Assembly: GCA_964489795.1 (NCBI GenBank)
Contig: CAZBAP010000001.1
Coordinates: 199,818-263,817 of the forward strand
Reading direction: 5' to 3'
Length of the DNA: 64,000 nucleotides
DNA from: an uncultured Flavipsychrobacter sp.
GTDB lineage: Bacteria; Bacteroidota; Bacteroidia; Chitinophagales; Chitinophagaceae
Below, one piece after another: positions 19,096 through 29,546 of this stretch. A program made the position numbers and the translations under genes. Position 1 is the first letter of the stretch. The number at the start of each line of letters is the position of its first letter. The notes under the pieces were generated by a model that saw only the letters and a list, made by a program, of their open reading frames with translations, made no database searches and was not told where the DNA came from.

Positions 19096-21924
19096 TTACC
19101 CCCCTACCCCATTTATAAACGTTTCTACAAAATCCTTCATCTTGCCTATTATCCGTTCTGTTATCGTTTTGCGCTCCAGTACGCTGGGTTGTTCGCCTTT
19201 GCGGGTTTCCAGTACCTTTTCCCTTAGCGGCTCCTTTTCGTGGTAAAGATAGTCTTCTACTATGCCCTGAAACTTATCGGGGTATAGCCCTTCATCATTG
19301 CATATCTGTTCAAAGGCTTTTACCTGCTCCGCGTTCCAGAATTTATCAAATGCCTCCGGCACATCATCACTGTCCTCTATATGTGGCAGGTTCTCGATTA
19401 TAAAGCGTTCTATCAGTTCTTTTTTGCTCCTTAGCTTGGCTTCGCCGCCCAGTATGTTTATAATGTCCCTACGCATCGTTTCAGCATCGGTGGTATCTAC
19501 CAACTTTGCCAGCAGCTTTATTATGTAGCCTACATTTACCTCGTCCCGGTGTATCAGTTCCAGCTCAAAGTCAACATCATTGAGTATTGATACTTTTTCT
19601 TTTGTGGTATATGTCCAAATGTCCAGGTACTTGCTTTTATAATCATCAAATTCCTGTGCCGGCATACTCAGATCATCATGCGTAAAATCGGCAAAGCATT
19701 TCAGCATATTCCTCAGCCTCATTAGCTCCCTGAAAGCCTTTACAAACTCCATTTTCTGCTCCTCCTCTTTCAGCTCATTCACACTATCTACAGTAGGGGT
19801 TATAACCTTTAGCTTTTCTACCGCCTCATTAAACCTTTTTACATAGTCCTCATAAGGCTCTAAGAATATTACCTCTTTGGCGTTGGGATTTGCAAATAGG
19901 GCCAGTGCGTCATCTGTAGCCTTTTTCAGGTTTCTGAAACATACTATATTACCCTGGCTTTTCTTTTCACCTATTATCCTGTTGGTACGGCTGTAGGCTT
20001 GTATCAGGCCGTGATATTTCAGGTTCTTATCCACATACAGGGTATTCAGCAGCTTACTGTCAAACCCGGTAAGGAACATGTTTACTACCAGCAGTATGTC
20101 TATTTCCTTATTCTTTACCCGCTTGGCTATGTCATTGTAGTAGTTGTAAAACGACTGGGTGTCTTTTGTGGTGTACTTGCTGCCAAACATGGCGTTATAG
20201 TCGCCTATATACCCTTCCAGCTTATCCCTTGTATGGCTGTTGGCGTTTTTTTGCGCCTCTGTCATTTCCAGTTCATCAGGTATCATGCCGTTTGCGTCCT
20301 TATCATCTTCATTGGCGGTATAAGAGAAGATAGTAGCTATTTTCAGGTTGTGCGCGCCGCTGTCTTTCTTAGCCTTAAACAGCTCATAGTATTTGGTTAG
20401 GGTATCTACACTACTTACGCAAAACATGGCTGTAAACTCCCTGTTGTGCGTTTTGCGGTCATGGTTGGCTATTATGTAGTCTGTTATCTTACCCAGCCTG
20501 TCGGGGCTTTCCAGCAGTTCTTTTTTGTCTATGTCTTCTACCTCTATATCTACCTCGTTCTGGCTGCCCTCTTTTTGCTTGTACCTGCCTACATATTCTA
20601 CAGAGAACTTTAGTACGTTATCATCGGCTATGGCATCGGTAATTACGTACTTATGCAGGCACTCATCAAATAGCTCAAAGGTGGTGCGCTTGCCGTGTTC
20701 ATTCCTTACAGCGTTTTCCGCAAATATGGGTGTGCCCGTAAAGCCAAATAGCTGGCTATCGCCAAAAAAGCCCTTTATAGCCTTGTGTGTATCGCCAAAC
20801 TGGGAGCGGTGGCACTCGTCAAATATAAATACTACCCGCTCATTCTTCAGATGTTCTATTTTGCTCAGGTACTTGGCTTTGCTGATAGCGGTATTTAGTT
20901 TCTGTATGGTGGTTACTATCAGCTTTGTATCATCACTTAGCTGCTTTACCAGTATGGCGGTGTTATCGGTACTGTCTACACTGCCCTTTGAGAAGCTGTT
21001 AAACTCCTTTGCGGTTTGGTAGTCAAGGTCTTTCCTGTCTACTACAAACACTACTTTATATACCTGTGGCAGCTTAGTGAGTATCTGGGCGGTCTTGAAC
21101 GATGTTAGGGTTTTGCCGCTGCCTGTGGTATGCCATATATAGCCGTTCTTATTGGTAGCTTTTACCCGCTCTATGATAGCCTCTGTGGCATAGTACTGGT
21201 AGGGGCGTAGCACCATAAGGGTGTTATCCTTTTCGGCCAGTACTATGTACTTGCATATCATCTTTGAGATATGGCAAGGCTCTAAAAATACCTGTGTAAA
21301 ATCTTCAAGCTGGGTAATCTTTTTATTGTGGGTATCTGTCCAGTAGAAGGTTTGTTTAAAATCCTGGTTGCGGTTATTGCTGTAGTACTTGGTGTTTACC
21401 CCGTTACTGATCACAAACAACTGTATGTACAGGAACAAACCATGAGATGCCCCGTATGAATGCCGCTGGTAGCGGTTGGTTTGGTTGAAAGCCTCTTTCA
21501 GTTCCAGGCCCCTTTTCTTTAGTTCTATTTGCACTAATGGCAGCCCATTGATAAGCAGGGTCACGTCATAGCGGTTTACATAACTGCCCTCCATGGTTAC
21601 CTGCCTTGTTACCTGGAACTGGTTTTGACACCAATGCTCCAGATTAAGGAACTCTATGTATTCCGTTTCCCCGTTATCCCTTGTAAACTGAAACCTATCC
21701 CTTAGCAGTTTTGCCCGTTCAAATACGCTTGTGCCTTTATTCAGATAGTTCAATACTTTAGCAAACTCTGTAGCCGATAATGTTTTGCCATTGTGCTTTT
21801 CCAGTTGTGCTTTTAGGTTGGTAAGTAGCTGTGCCTCATCTGTTACTTGCACTACGCCATACCCCAGCTTTTCCAGTTGGGTTACAAGGTTGTTTTCCAG
21901 TATTTGCTCGCTTTGGGTTGTCAT
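19096..21924 (-). CDS. hsdR: Type I restriction endonuclease subunit R
   Basis: RYDV..LING..VQIELK nuclease motif, HTTGSGKT Walker A, DECHR, FTGTP, QAYSRTNR. Confidence 0.96.
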   Translation of the reverse strand: MTTQSEQILENNLVTQLEKLGYGVVQVTDEAQLLTNLKAQLEKHNGKTLSATEFAKVLNYLNKGTSVFERAKLLRDRFQFTRDNGETEYIEFLNLEHWCQNQFQVTRQVTMEGSYVNRYDVTLLINGLPLVQIELKKRGLELKEAFNQTNRYQRHSYGASHGLFLYIQLFVISNGVNTKYYSNNRNQDFKQTFYWTDTHNKKITQLEDFTQVFLEPCHISKMICKYIVLAEKDNTLMVLRPYQYYATEAIIERVKATNKNGYIWHTTGSGKTLTSFKTAQILTKLPQVYKVVFVVDRKDLDYQTAKEFNSFSKGSVDSTDNTAILVKQLSDDTKLIVTTIQKLNTAISKAKYLSKIEHLKNERVVFIFDECHRSQFGDTHKAIKGFFGDSQLFGFTGTPIFAENAVRNEHGKRTTFELFDECLHKYVITDAIADDNVLKFSVEYVGRYKQKEGSQNEVDIEVEDIDKKELLESPDRLGKITDYIIANHDRKTHNREFTAMFCVSSVDTLTKYYELFKAKKDSGAHNLKIATIFSYTANEDDKDANGMIPDELEMTEAQKNANSHTRDKLEGYIGDYNAMFGSKYTTKDTQSFYNYYNDIAKRVKNKEIDILLVVNMFLTGFDSKLLNTLYVDKNLKYHGLIQAYSRTNRIIGEKKSQGNIVCFRNLKKATDDALALFANPNAKEVIFLEPYEDYVKRFNEAVEKLKVITPTVDSVNELKEEEQKMEFVKAFRELMRLRNMLKCFADFTHDDLSMPAQEFDDYKSKYLDIWTYTTKEKVSILNDVDFELELIHRDEVNVGYIIKLLAKLVDTTDAETMRRDIINILGGEAKLRSKKELIERFIIENLPHIEDSDDVPEAFDKFWNAEQVKAFEQICNDEGLYPDKFQGIVEDYLYHEKEPLREKVLETRKGEQPSVLERKTITERIIGKMKDFVETFINGVGG

Positions 21925-21942
21925 GGTTTCGATGGGTAGTTG

Positions 21943-23058
21943 TTAAACAAACATCTGCTGCAATAAGCCTTTTTTAAAGTTTTGGGTTTGTCCTATTTGG
22001 GTTTGGACAAAGCTTATTTTTTTGTCAATATTATTTAAAAAGGTTGCAATCAATTTTTGTTCGGAAATTGATGGAATAAAAATACTCATAGCTTTTAGCT
22101 GCCCTCCAGTAATAAGCGGCTGCCCTGAACCAAATACCAATTTATTAAGGTTGGAAAACATGAGCAAAAAGTACAAATATCTAATCTCAATGGCTTTGCC
22201 CACTTCAATTACCAGTGTATTATCGGTTACTCCAAATTTACCATTAACCAAAGCTAATTTACCAGCGTTTGCGCCAACCCTTGCCACCAAAATATAATCC
22301 CCGTTGTGTGAATATTGGTTTGTAAATCCAATAATTCCAGTAGAACCATATACGGGTATATCCCCGCATTCCTCTGGTTTAGTTTTGCCTGATTTTATGC
22401 CAGTTGAAACCTCCCCTAAAGTTGTTTCCTCCCATTCAGGAAACTCATTCCCCTCATCATCTTTAAAGCGTAGCTGCTGTGTAAAGATTTGGTACATTAT
22501 CCCCTTTTTATACTGCTCAATGAGGGTTTTCTTTTTCTTTAACTGCGTAAGCTTATCCTCTACAGCGGTAAGGAAATCGCCTATCTTTTGTTGCTCTTTA
22601 TAGTCAGGGTATTTTATTGGTATTTGGGTGCATACTTCCTTATTTAGCTTAGGTTGTGCAGTTCCAGTATTATACTTGTCATATTTGAGATTTTCTAAGT
22701 ATTCAGTAATGAAGTTTATACTTACCTTGTTTTTGGGCTTAATAACGTGAGCATGATTATTTACCCATATTTTTCCTTTAACCTTAAAAGCCAAAGGGGA
22801 ACTTCTATTGATAATATTCGCTCCATCTTCACCTAACAAAATAAGTTCGTCATCAAAGATGAAATCATTTACAAAATCTATTATCCCAGATGCACCATAA
22901 TATGGGTAAATTCCTTTAATGTTTGCCCTGTCGCTTTCTTTAATTGGTTTACGTTTCCCATCTAAGAAATCAACTAAATTTTTAAGTTCACTTTCTGTCC
23001 ATTCCCCGCTAAATTCAGGAAAGCGCAAAGCAGGGATATTACTGTTTGTGGTTTCCAT
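21943..23058 (-). CDS. hsdS: Type I R-M specificity subunit
   Basis: PALRFPEF..EW, two TRDs, EQQKIGDFL and KKGLLQQMF conserved regions. Confidence 0.95.
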   Translation of the reverse strand: METTNSNIPALRFPEFSGEWTESELKNLVDFLDGKRKPIKESDRANIKGIYPYYGASGIIDFVNDFIFDDELILLGEDGANIINRSSPLAFKVKGKIWVNNHAHVIKPKNKVSINFITEYLENLKYDKYNTGTAQPKLNKEVCTQIPIKYPDYKEQQKIGDFLTAVEDKLTQLKKKKTLIEQYKKGIMYQIFTQQLRFKDDEGNEFPEWEETTLGEVSTGIKSGKTKPEECGDIPVYGSTGIIGFTNQYSHNGDYILVARVGANAGKLALVNGKFGVTDNTLVIEVGKAIEIRYLYFLLMFSNLNKLVFGSGQPLITGGQLKAMSIFIPSISEQKLIATFLNNIDKKISFVQTQIGQTQNFKKGLLQQMFV

Positions 23059-23060
23059 GT

Positions 23061-24635
23061 TTAAAAGGGTGTGGGTATGTTTAGTTGTTTACAATAGTCG
23101 GCTATTACTTTATCGGTGGTAGTTATATCATGCTCCAGTGCTTTCAATTGGCTGGCTACTTTAGCTATGTCTATCACATCCTCTGCCTCAAAGCTGTCCA
23201 CATAGCGGGGTATATTCAGGTTATAGTCGTTCTCCCTAACCTGCTGTAGGGGGGCTATATAGCTATATTTATCCTCTGCTTTGCGCTGCCTGTAGGTATC
23301 TATTATCTTCTCTATGTTGGCATCTGTGAGATAGTTTTGGTTGCCCTGCTTTTCATATTCCTTACTGGCATCTATAAACAGTATATCATTCGGGTTTTCC
23401 CTGCACCGCTTAAATACCAGTATGCAGGTGGGTATGCTTGTACCATAAAACATATTGGGCGGTAAGCCTATTACAGCATCAAGGAAATTAAGGTCTTCTA
23501 TAAGATACTGCCTTATGTGCCCCTCTGCCCCTCCCCTGAATAGTACGCCATGTGGCAGCACTATAGCCATTGTGCCGTTATCGGCTATGTGGTGTACCAT
23601 ATGCTGCACAAACGCGAAATCTGCGGCACTCTGGGGGGCAAGCCGCCCGTACTGGCTAAAGCGGTCATCATTCATCAGCAGGGGGCTGGCGCTCCATTTA
23701 GCGCTAAAGGGCGGGTTGGCCACAATAGCCTCAAATTTCATGTTTATATGCTGGGGGTGTTCCAGCGTATCTTCCTGCCTTATATCAAACTTGCTGTAGT
23801 GTACATCATGTAGTATCATGTTCATACGGGCAAGGTTGTAGGTGGTACGGTTCATTTCCTGCCCGTAAAAGTTGGCTACCTCCTTTACCTCCTTAGCTAC
23901 CCTTAGCAGCAGTGAGCCGCTGCCGCAGGTAGGGTCATACACGCTTTTTAGTTTCTCCTTGCCCGTAGTTACTATCTTTGCCAGTACCTTACTTACCGGC
24001 TGTGGTGTGTAAAATTCACCCGCCTTTTTACCCGCCCCGCTCGCAAACTGCCCTATCAGGTACTCATAGGCATCGCCCAGCACATCGCTGTTGGTATCCC
24101 CCAGCTTAAAGTCTATTTTGTCGAGGTGTGCCAGTATTTTGGCTATCAGCTCATTTTTTTGGTTTTCGGTTTTGCCCAGTTTCGTGCTGGTCAGGTCCAG
24201 GTCTTCAAACAGGTTATCAAAGTCCTCCTCGCTATCCGTACCCATTGTGCTTTGCTCTATATGGTTCAGTATAGCGGCAAGGTCTTCCAGTATAAAGGTG
24301 CTTTCCCCCTCCTTGGTTTTGGCATTGCCCTTTTTAGCTATTGCGCTAAACAGTTCAGACGGTTTCAGAAAATAGCCAAGTTCCTTTATGGTGTCCTCCT
24401 TTACAGCCTCTAAAAGCTGTTGCCCCTGTCTGGTGTTTTCGTCTATCTGGTCATAGGTTATCTTATCGGCCTTTAGCACCTTATTGGCATAGAGGGCTAT
24501 TTTTTCAGAGAGATATTTATAAAATATAAAACCCAGCGCGTAGTCCCTAAACTCATCGGCATTCATTCTGCCCCTTAGCTCATCGGCAATAGCCCATAGT
24601 TTTTGCTCTAATTGTCGTTTCTGGTCTTCAGACAT
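23061..24635 (-). CDS. hsdM: Type I R-M N6-adenine methyltransferase
   Basis: GEFYTP, YDPTCGSGSLL, ANPPF. Confidence 0.97.
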   Translation of the reverse strand: MSEDQKRQLEQKLWAIADELRGRMNADEFRDYALGFIFYKYLSEKIALYANKVLKADKITYDQIDENTRQGQQLLEAVKEDTIKELGYFLKPSELFSAIAKKGNAKTKEGESTFILEDLAAILNHIEQSTMGTDSEEDFDNLFEDLDLTSTKLGKTENQKNELIAKILAHLDKIDFKLGDTNSDVLGDAYEYLIGQFASGAGKKAGEFYTPQPVSKVLAKIVTTGKEKLKSVYDPTCGSGSLLLRVAKEVKEVANFYGQEMNRTTYNLARMNMILHDVHYSKFDIRQEDTLEHPQHINMKFEAIVANPPFSAKWSASPLLMNDDRFSQYGRLAPQSAADFAFVQHMVHHIADNGTMAIVLPHGVLFRGGAEGHIRQYLIEDLNFLDAVIGLPPNMFYGTSIPTCILVFKRCRENPNDILFIDASKEYEKQGNQNYLTDANIEKIIDTYRQRKAEDKYSYIAPLQQVRENDYNLNIPRYVDSFEAEDVIDIAKVASQLKALEHDITTTDKVIADYCKQLNIPTPF

Positions 24636-24700
24636 GGTAAATTGCGGTTGTGAGCCACAAAATAGGTATTTGAGGTATTAATTACAACCACTCTTTTATC

Positions 24701-24741
24701 CGTCCCAGCCGGGTCTCCTAAAGCGGAGCCAGTGCGCCGGC
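24701..24741 (+). repeat. GC-rich direct repeat, copy 2
   Basis: cgtcccagccgggtctcctaaagcggagccagtgcgccggc; followed by cggcaatcaa as in copy 1. Confidence 0.9.
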
Positions 24742-25129
24742 AGGGACCCGGCGGCAATCAAGGGACTAAAGCCCCATGTTGTTCAGGATATGTATCTTGA
24801 ACTGCCCCCCCCTTCGGCGAAGGTATTCAATGACCAATCGTTGATCTACAGTACAGCCCTCACGGGCAAACTACTTCAGTTTACCCAAAGCCACAAACTT
24901 TTTTCTATGACAGACAGCAATCCGTACTATCATAAAACTTTCTTTTGCAAAAACCACATACGCATCCGACCTTTGTACCGCAATAAACAGGATAGTTAAC
25001 TGATTGCAGTAGCTACCCCTCAGCAACAGCCGGCAGGTACCTGGGTACCGGTATTTTTCTAAGGTCAACTCAAATCAGGATTATCTAACCAACACTACCA
25101 ATTTCAGGACGCGACAGGAAGAGACAAGA

Positions 25130-25241
25130 TGCCCCATAGACATTTTCTATGGGGCAATGATGGGGCAATGCTTTCGCATAAGTAGTTGATTTTCAATAAA
25201 AACATGGGGCAATGTTTTATTTTCTGGGGCATGGGGCAATA
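25130..25241. repeat. ATGGGGCAAT repeat cluster with an inverted copy
   Basis: Copies at 25149, 25160, 25204, 25231; inverted repeat tgccccataga/tctatggggca at 25130-25156. Confidence 0.85.
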
Positions 25242-25373
25242 CTTAAAATACAGCCAATATTGCGCTTGCCTTGCTTCTACCGGTAAAACAATCTTTCTCA
25301 TTACTTCGTCGGCATCACAGTGGCACCCGTACCTGTTTAAGAAAGTGGTTAATTGAGGTATGAGGTTTGCAGA

Positions 25374-25438
25374 TGACCAAGTTCAAACAAATCACTGACT
25401 ACGGTCATGACTTCCCCTTGATGGCCGGCATAAATTTG
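25374..25438 (+). promoter_or_regulatory. Tandem TGAY-N4-RTCA boxes plus -7 element (usp promoter)
   Basis: TGACCAAGTTCA 25374, TGACTACGGTCA 25396, TAAATTTG 25431. Confidence 0.8.
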
Positions 25439-25458
25439 AAGCTAAAGACAGAATTAAA

Positions 25459-26280
25459 ATGAAAAAGGTAATCATAGCATTCGATGGTGATCATTTTTCC
25501 GAAGGTGCGTTCCGGTTTTTACTTGATCTGAATAGCAACGGGCCAATACTTGCAACCGGTGTTTTTTTGCCACGGGTTGATTACATGGAGCTTCTATACT
25601 CATTCGGCGGCATTAGTGGCCCTGTTTATTATAAGGATTTTGCCATTGAGGATACCGCTTCGGTAGAGCAAAATATCGCCCGCTTTAAAAAGCGTTGTGA
25701 GCAGAACGATATAGAATACAGGGTACATCCAAATATGGATGCGCACATAATTTCAAATTTAAGATTGGAAACAAGATTTGCTGATTTGATGCTTATTAGC
25801 AGCGAACTGTTTTACAAAAATTTAGGAGAAGATAGCCATGAAGAATATATGACGGATGCACTGCAGAAAACTGAATGCCCAATCGTGCTGGTTCCCGAGC
25901 AATATAAGAGCGTTGAAAATGCTATTCTTGCCTATGATGGCAGCGCCGCGTCCGTTTTTGCGATCAAACAGTTTTCATACCTGATGCCTCAATTTTCAGG
26001 ATTAAAGACCCTGTTGGTATCTGCCGGGGTAAAACAGGATGAAGAAACAGGGATTTCAAATATCGAGGAATTTGCGGCTCGTCATTTTAGTGACCTTATC
26101 ATTACTAATTTGAATATCGATCCAATAAAATATTTTAATACATGGTTACAAAACAATGGAAACTCAATATTGGTTGCCGGGGCATTCGGTCGCTCTGCAT
26201 TATCTGAAATGTTGAGAAAGAGCTTTATTACAGACGCAATACAAGACCATAAAATGCCAATATTTATAGCGCACAAATAG
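25459..26280 (+). CDS. Universal stress protein (tandem USP domains)
   Basis: KKVIIAFDG, CPIVLVP, ILAYDGS, LVAGAFGRS, PIFIAH. Confidence 0.88.
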   Translation: MKKVIIAFDGDHFSEGAFRFLLDLNSNGPILATGVFLPRVDYMELLYSFGGISGPVYYKDFAIEDTASVEQNIARFKKRCEQNDIEYRVHPNMDAHIISNLRLETRFADLMLISSELFYKNLGEDSHEEYMTDALQKTECPIVLVPEQYKSVENAILAYDGSAASVFAIKQFSYLMPQFSGLKTLLVSAGVKQDEETGISNIEEFAARHFSDLIITNLNIDPIKYFNTWLQNNGNSILVAGAFGRSALSEMLRKSFITDAIQDHKMPIFIAHK

Positions 26281-26335
26281 TATGTGAGGTAATGCTTTTG
26301 CACAAACTTTTTCTAACTGTATATCTGAAGAAATA

Positions 26336-26566
26336 GTGAAACCAAAATTCGTAACAGGGGACATCGTAAGATTAGCATCAGGAGGGCCTGATATGACCAT
26401 CCGGGGTACTCACTTCGATGTGTTCTCTAATGAATTCAGGCATAACATGGTTGACTGCATTTGGTTTGAAAGAAATAACAACGAAAAGGAAGAAATTCAC
26501 TATTGTACTTTTAATGCTGATGAACTAATAAAAGTTGAAGATATTTCCAATGAAATATACACCTGA
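26336..26566 (+). CDS. YodC/DUF2158-family small protein
   Basis: FVTGDIVRLASGGPDMTI...CIWF...F...EL. Confidence 0.8.
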   Translation: MKPKFVTGDIVRLASGGPDMTIRGTHFDVFSNEFRHNMVDCIWFERNNNEKEEIHYCTFNADELIKVEDISNEIYT

Positions 26567-26893
26567 CGATATAATGCCTGGCCGGTCTTGGGAGGATACA
26601 TACTTTCTTAAGGGCCTCATTCCCGCTGTAAAGAATTTCTGGTTGTTTTTACTGTGTTTATGTAGTTTGGTTAGGTAAGATTACAGTTCTTCACTTTCAG
26701 GTTCCACCCATCAGTTTGATTACTAAACATATTTATTTTATATATTATAGACATAAGGACATACAGATATCATTTATATATAAACAGGCAGCAGAAATAC
26801 GAAGCATACATTATATAGAGGCTATTTTGCGGACTTCACGACCTAGGCTTTTTGCATAACCCGGTATCTCCGTAAGCCTTTCTTCGTTTATCA

Positions 26894-26958
26894 TGACGGA
26901 AAATAGTCGGTATGGTGACGGTCATCATATCATTAGGTTATCACTAACAATAATTTTG
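26894..26958 (+). promoter_or_regulatory. Tandem boxes plus -7 element (mlaE promoter)
   Basis: TGACGGAAAATA 26894 (weak), TGACGGTCATCA 26916, TAATTTTG 26951. Confidence 0.75.
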
Positions 26959-26972
26959 CGTGTGGTAACCAT

Positions 26973-27743
26973 ATGAAAACACCTCAGTCGTTTCAGAAAT
27001 TTTTCAACGAAACCGGTGAAACATCCAGATTTGTATACTGGTATTTTCACGAACTGGTACGTCCGCGTTATGAGTTACGGCAATTTATCAGGCAGTGTTT
27101 TCTCATCGGATACAAATCGCTCCCGCTGATCGGAATTACTGGTTTTATCATGGGTCTTGTTTTAACAATGCAGCTCAGGCCGTCGTTAATTGAATATGGC
27201 GTTGTATCTAAGTTACCGGTAATGGTAAGCCTCTCTATAGTAAGGGAAATAGGACCTGTGATCTCGGCCCTGATATTTGCGGGAAAGATAAGTTCAGGAA
27301 TCGGGGCCGAACTGGGATCAATGAAGGTAACGGAGCAAATCGACGCTATGGAGGTGTCGGGTACTAATCCGTTTAAATATCTTGTTGTAACCCGTGTAAT
27401 GGCAGCTACATTGATGCTGCCCATACTAACAATTCTGTCAGATGCCATTGGGTTATACGGGTCATATATAGGTATTAATATCAAGGGGCATACCAGTCCC
27501 AGTCTCTTCCTCTTTGAAGTATTTAACACACTGAGGTTCGGAGATGTGTTGCCGGCCACTATAAAAACATTCTTTTTTGGGTTCGCTATAGGCATTATTG
27601 GATGCTATAAGGGCTATAATTCCTCAAGAGGTACAGAGGGAGTTGGCCGGGCCGCAAATTCGGCTGTAGTTATTTCTTCACTGGTTGTATTTGTTATCGA
27701 TCTGATTGCGGTTCAAATAACCGATTTAATGGGTTTAAACTAA
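26973..27743 (+). CDS. mlaE: MlaE-family ABC permease
   Basis: REIGPV, AELGSMKVTEQIDAM, GTEGVGRA. Confidence 0.92.
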   Translation: MKTPQSFQKFFNETGETSRFVYWYFHELVRPRYELRQFIRQCFLIGYKSLPLIGITGFIMGLVLTMQLRPSLIEYGVVSKLPVMVSLSIVREIGPVISALIFAGKISSGIGAELGSMKVTEQIDAMEVSGTNPFKYLVVTRVMAATLMLPILTILSDAIGLYGSYIGINIKGHTSPSLFLFEVFNTLRFGDVLPATIKTFFFGFAIGIIGCYKGYNSSRGTEGVGRAANSAVVISSLVVFVIDLIAVQITDLMGLN

Positions 27744-27745
27744 AA

Positions 27746-28522
27746 ATGACAAGCCAGGCTACCATATCATCTTCTGTAAAGCCGGAGCACTTCGGGGAAA
27801 TGGTAATAGACATTACGAAGCTCTATAAAAAATTTGGTGAAAAAATCGTTCTTAAAGACTTCAATATCAGCCTGAAACGCGGTGAAAATCTTGTGGTTTT
27901 AGGCAAATCCGGCAGTGGAAAATCTGTGCTTATCAAATGCATTGTACGCTTATTACAGCCCGATGAAGGGACAATATCCGTCTTAGGCAAAGATATTGCC
28001 TCCCTTGACCACGATGAAATGGACGAGGTAAGGGCGCGTGTAGGTTTCTTATTTCAAAGCAACGCCTTGTACGACTCCATGACCGTACGGGAAAACCTCG
28101 AGTTTCCCATGCGTAGACATTTGAAATATCTGACACCACAGGAAGCTGATAGCCGGGTTATGGAGGCGCTGAATGATGTTGGGCTCTCACATACGGTTGA
28201 AATGCTCCCTTCCGAACTTTCCGGAGGTATGCAGAAACGTATCGCGTTGGCACGAACACTCATTCTTAAACCGGAGATCATACTCTATGACGAACCTACA
28301 AGCGGACTCGATCCGGTGACCGGCCGTGAGATAAGCACATTAATCACCACGGTGCAAAAAAAATATAGTGCATCTTCAATCATCATTTCGCATGACATGA
28401 ATTGTGTAAGAAGAACCAGCGACAGGATAGCAGTGCTTATCGATGGAGCTTGTTACTCCCAGGGAACATACGATGAACTAAAAAAGTCAAACGATACGAA
28501 TATTAAACAATTCTTCGAATAG
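27746..28522 (+). CDS. mlaF: MlaF-family ABC ATPase
   Basis: GKSGSGKS, LSGGMQKR, YDEPTSGLDP. Confidence 0.92.
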   Translation: MTSQATISSSVKPEHFGEMVIDITKLYKKFGEKIVLKDFNISLKRGENLVVLGKSGSGKSVLIKCIVRLLQPDEGTISVLGKDIASLDHDEMDEVRARVGFLFQSNALYDSMTVRENLEFPMRRHLKYLTPQEADSRVMEALNDVGLSHTVEMLPSELSGGMQKRIALARTLILKPEIILYDEPTSGLDPVTGREISTLITTVQKKYSASSIIISHDMNCVRRTSDRIAVLIDGACYSQGTYDELKKSNDTNIKQFFE

Positions 28523-28528
28523 CTGTTT

Positions 28529-29524
28529 ATGAAAAAAGACACACCAAATAATATCAGGTTGGGATTGTTTGTTTCCGCGGGATTGCTGATCCTGATCGTC
28601 TCACTATACCTGATAGGTAAAAACCAGAATTTCTTCGGGTCTAACTTTTACGTACGTGTTAGGTTCAATAATATCAGCGGGCTGGTCACAGGCAACAATG
28701 TACGATATTCAGGCATTCAGGCAGGTACAGTAAATAAAATCCAGGTACTTAACGATACAACTATTGAAGTGACGCTGCTGATCAATAAGAAGCTGAAAGC
28801 ATACATTCATGAAAATACACTTGCAGCTATAGGTAATGATGGCCTCATGGGCAATAAAGTAATCAATCTTTCTCCCAATCCTTTGCCTGCACCGGAAATT
28901 GCTGAAAACGGACTGTTATACACAAAAAAAACGCCTTATGCAGACGACATGATGGAAACGCTTTCAGGTACCAACATAAACATAAATGTATTAACAACTA
29001 AACTCCTTAGTGCCGTAGATAAAATAAATAACAGTACAGCTCTGTGGAGCATATTAAGTGATACAACTCTACCGCAAAACATCAAGATTTCAATGGCTAA
29101 TATAAAGGATGCCACAGTAAGGATAAAGGAGTTATCAGGCATAGTAGATAATTTAGCAAGGGATATTCAGGATGGGAAAGGCCCTGCAGGTGTTCTGCTA
29201 AAGGATGGCAAAGCGGCGAACGATCTGAAGCAGGCAATTTCAAATATTAACAACGCATCAAAAGAGTCTCAACTGATACTTGAACGCGTAGATAGCGTTG
29301 TAAGAATGGTGCAACACGATTATTCAACCGGGAATGGACCGATTCACGCTGCCCTGAAAGATTCAGTAATAGTGAACCGGATAAATAACAGCCTGATAAG
29401 CATCGAGAAAGGAACAGCGGCTTTCAATGAAGATATGGAAGCGTTAAAACACAATTTTCTTACACGCGGATATTTCAGGAAGGAAGCAAAAAAGAATAAA
29501 AGGCTGCATAAAAAAAATAAATAG
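28529..29524 (+). CDS. mlaD: MlaD/MCE-family protein
   Basis: N-terminal TM, GLVTGNNVRYSGIQAG, GLMGNK, helical C-terminus. Confidence 0.88.
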   Translation: MKKDTPNNIRLGLFVSAGLLILIVSLYLIGKNQNFFGSNFYVRVRFNNISGLVTGNNVRYSGIQAGTVNKIQVLNDTTIEVTLLINKKLKAYIHENTLAAIGNDGLMGNKVINLSPNPLPAPEIAENGLLYTKKTPYADDMMETLSGTNININVLTTKLLSAVDKINNSTALWSILSDTTLPQNIKISMANIKDATVRIKELSGIVDNLARDIQDGKGPAGVLLKDGKAANDLKQAISNINNASKESQLILERVDSVVRMVQHDYSTGNGPIHAALKDSVIVNRINNSLISIEKGTAAFNEDMEALKHNFLTRGYFRKEAKKNKRLHKKNK

Positions 29525-29546
29525 AGCTTCTAAAATACTCTTCGGT

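Noticed and set aside
24701..24766. Resemblance to the HDV ribozyme (gtcccagcc...gcgccggc...gggac)
   Set aside because: No upstream P1 strand to pair with gccggc, and copy 1 lacks the closing gggac; probably coincidental.
25100..25128. acgcgacaggaagaga as a degenerate att copy of the tRNA-Ser 3' end
   Set aside because: Match to acgcggagagagaggga is too weak and no GGACAAC repeats are nearby.
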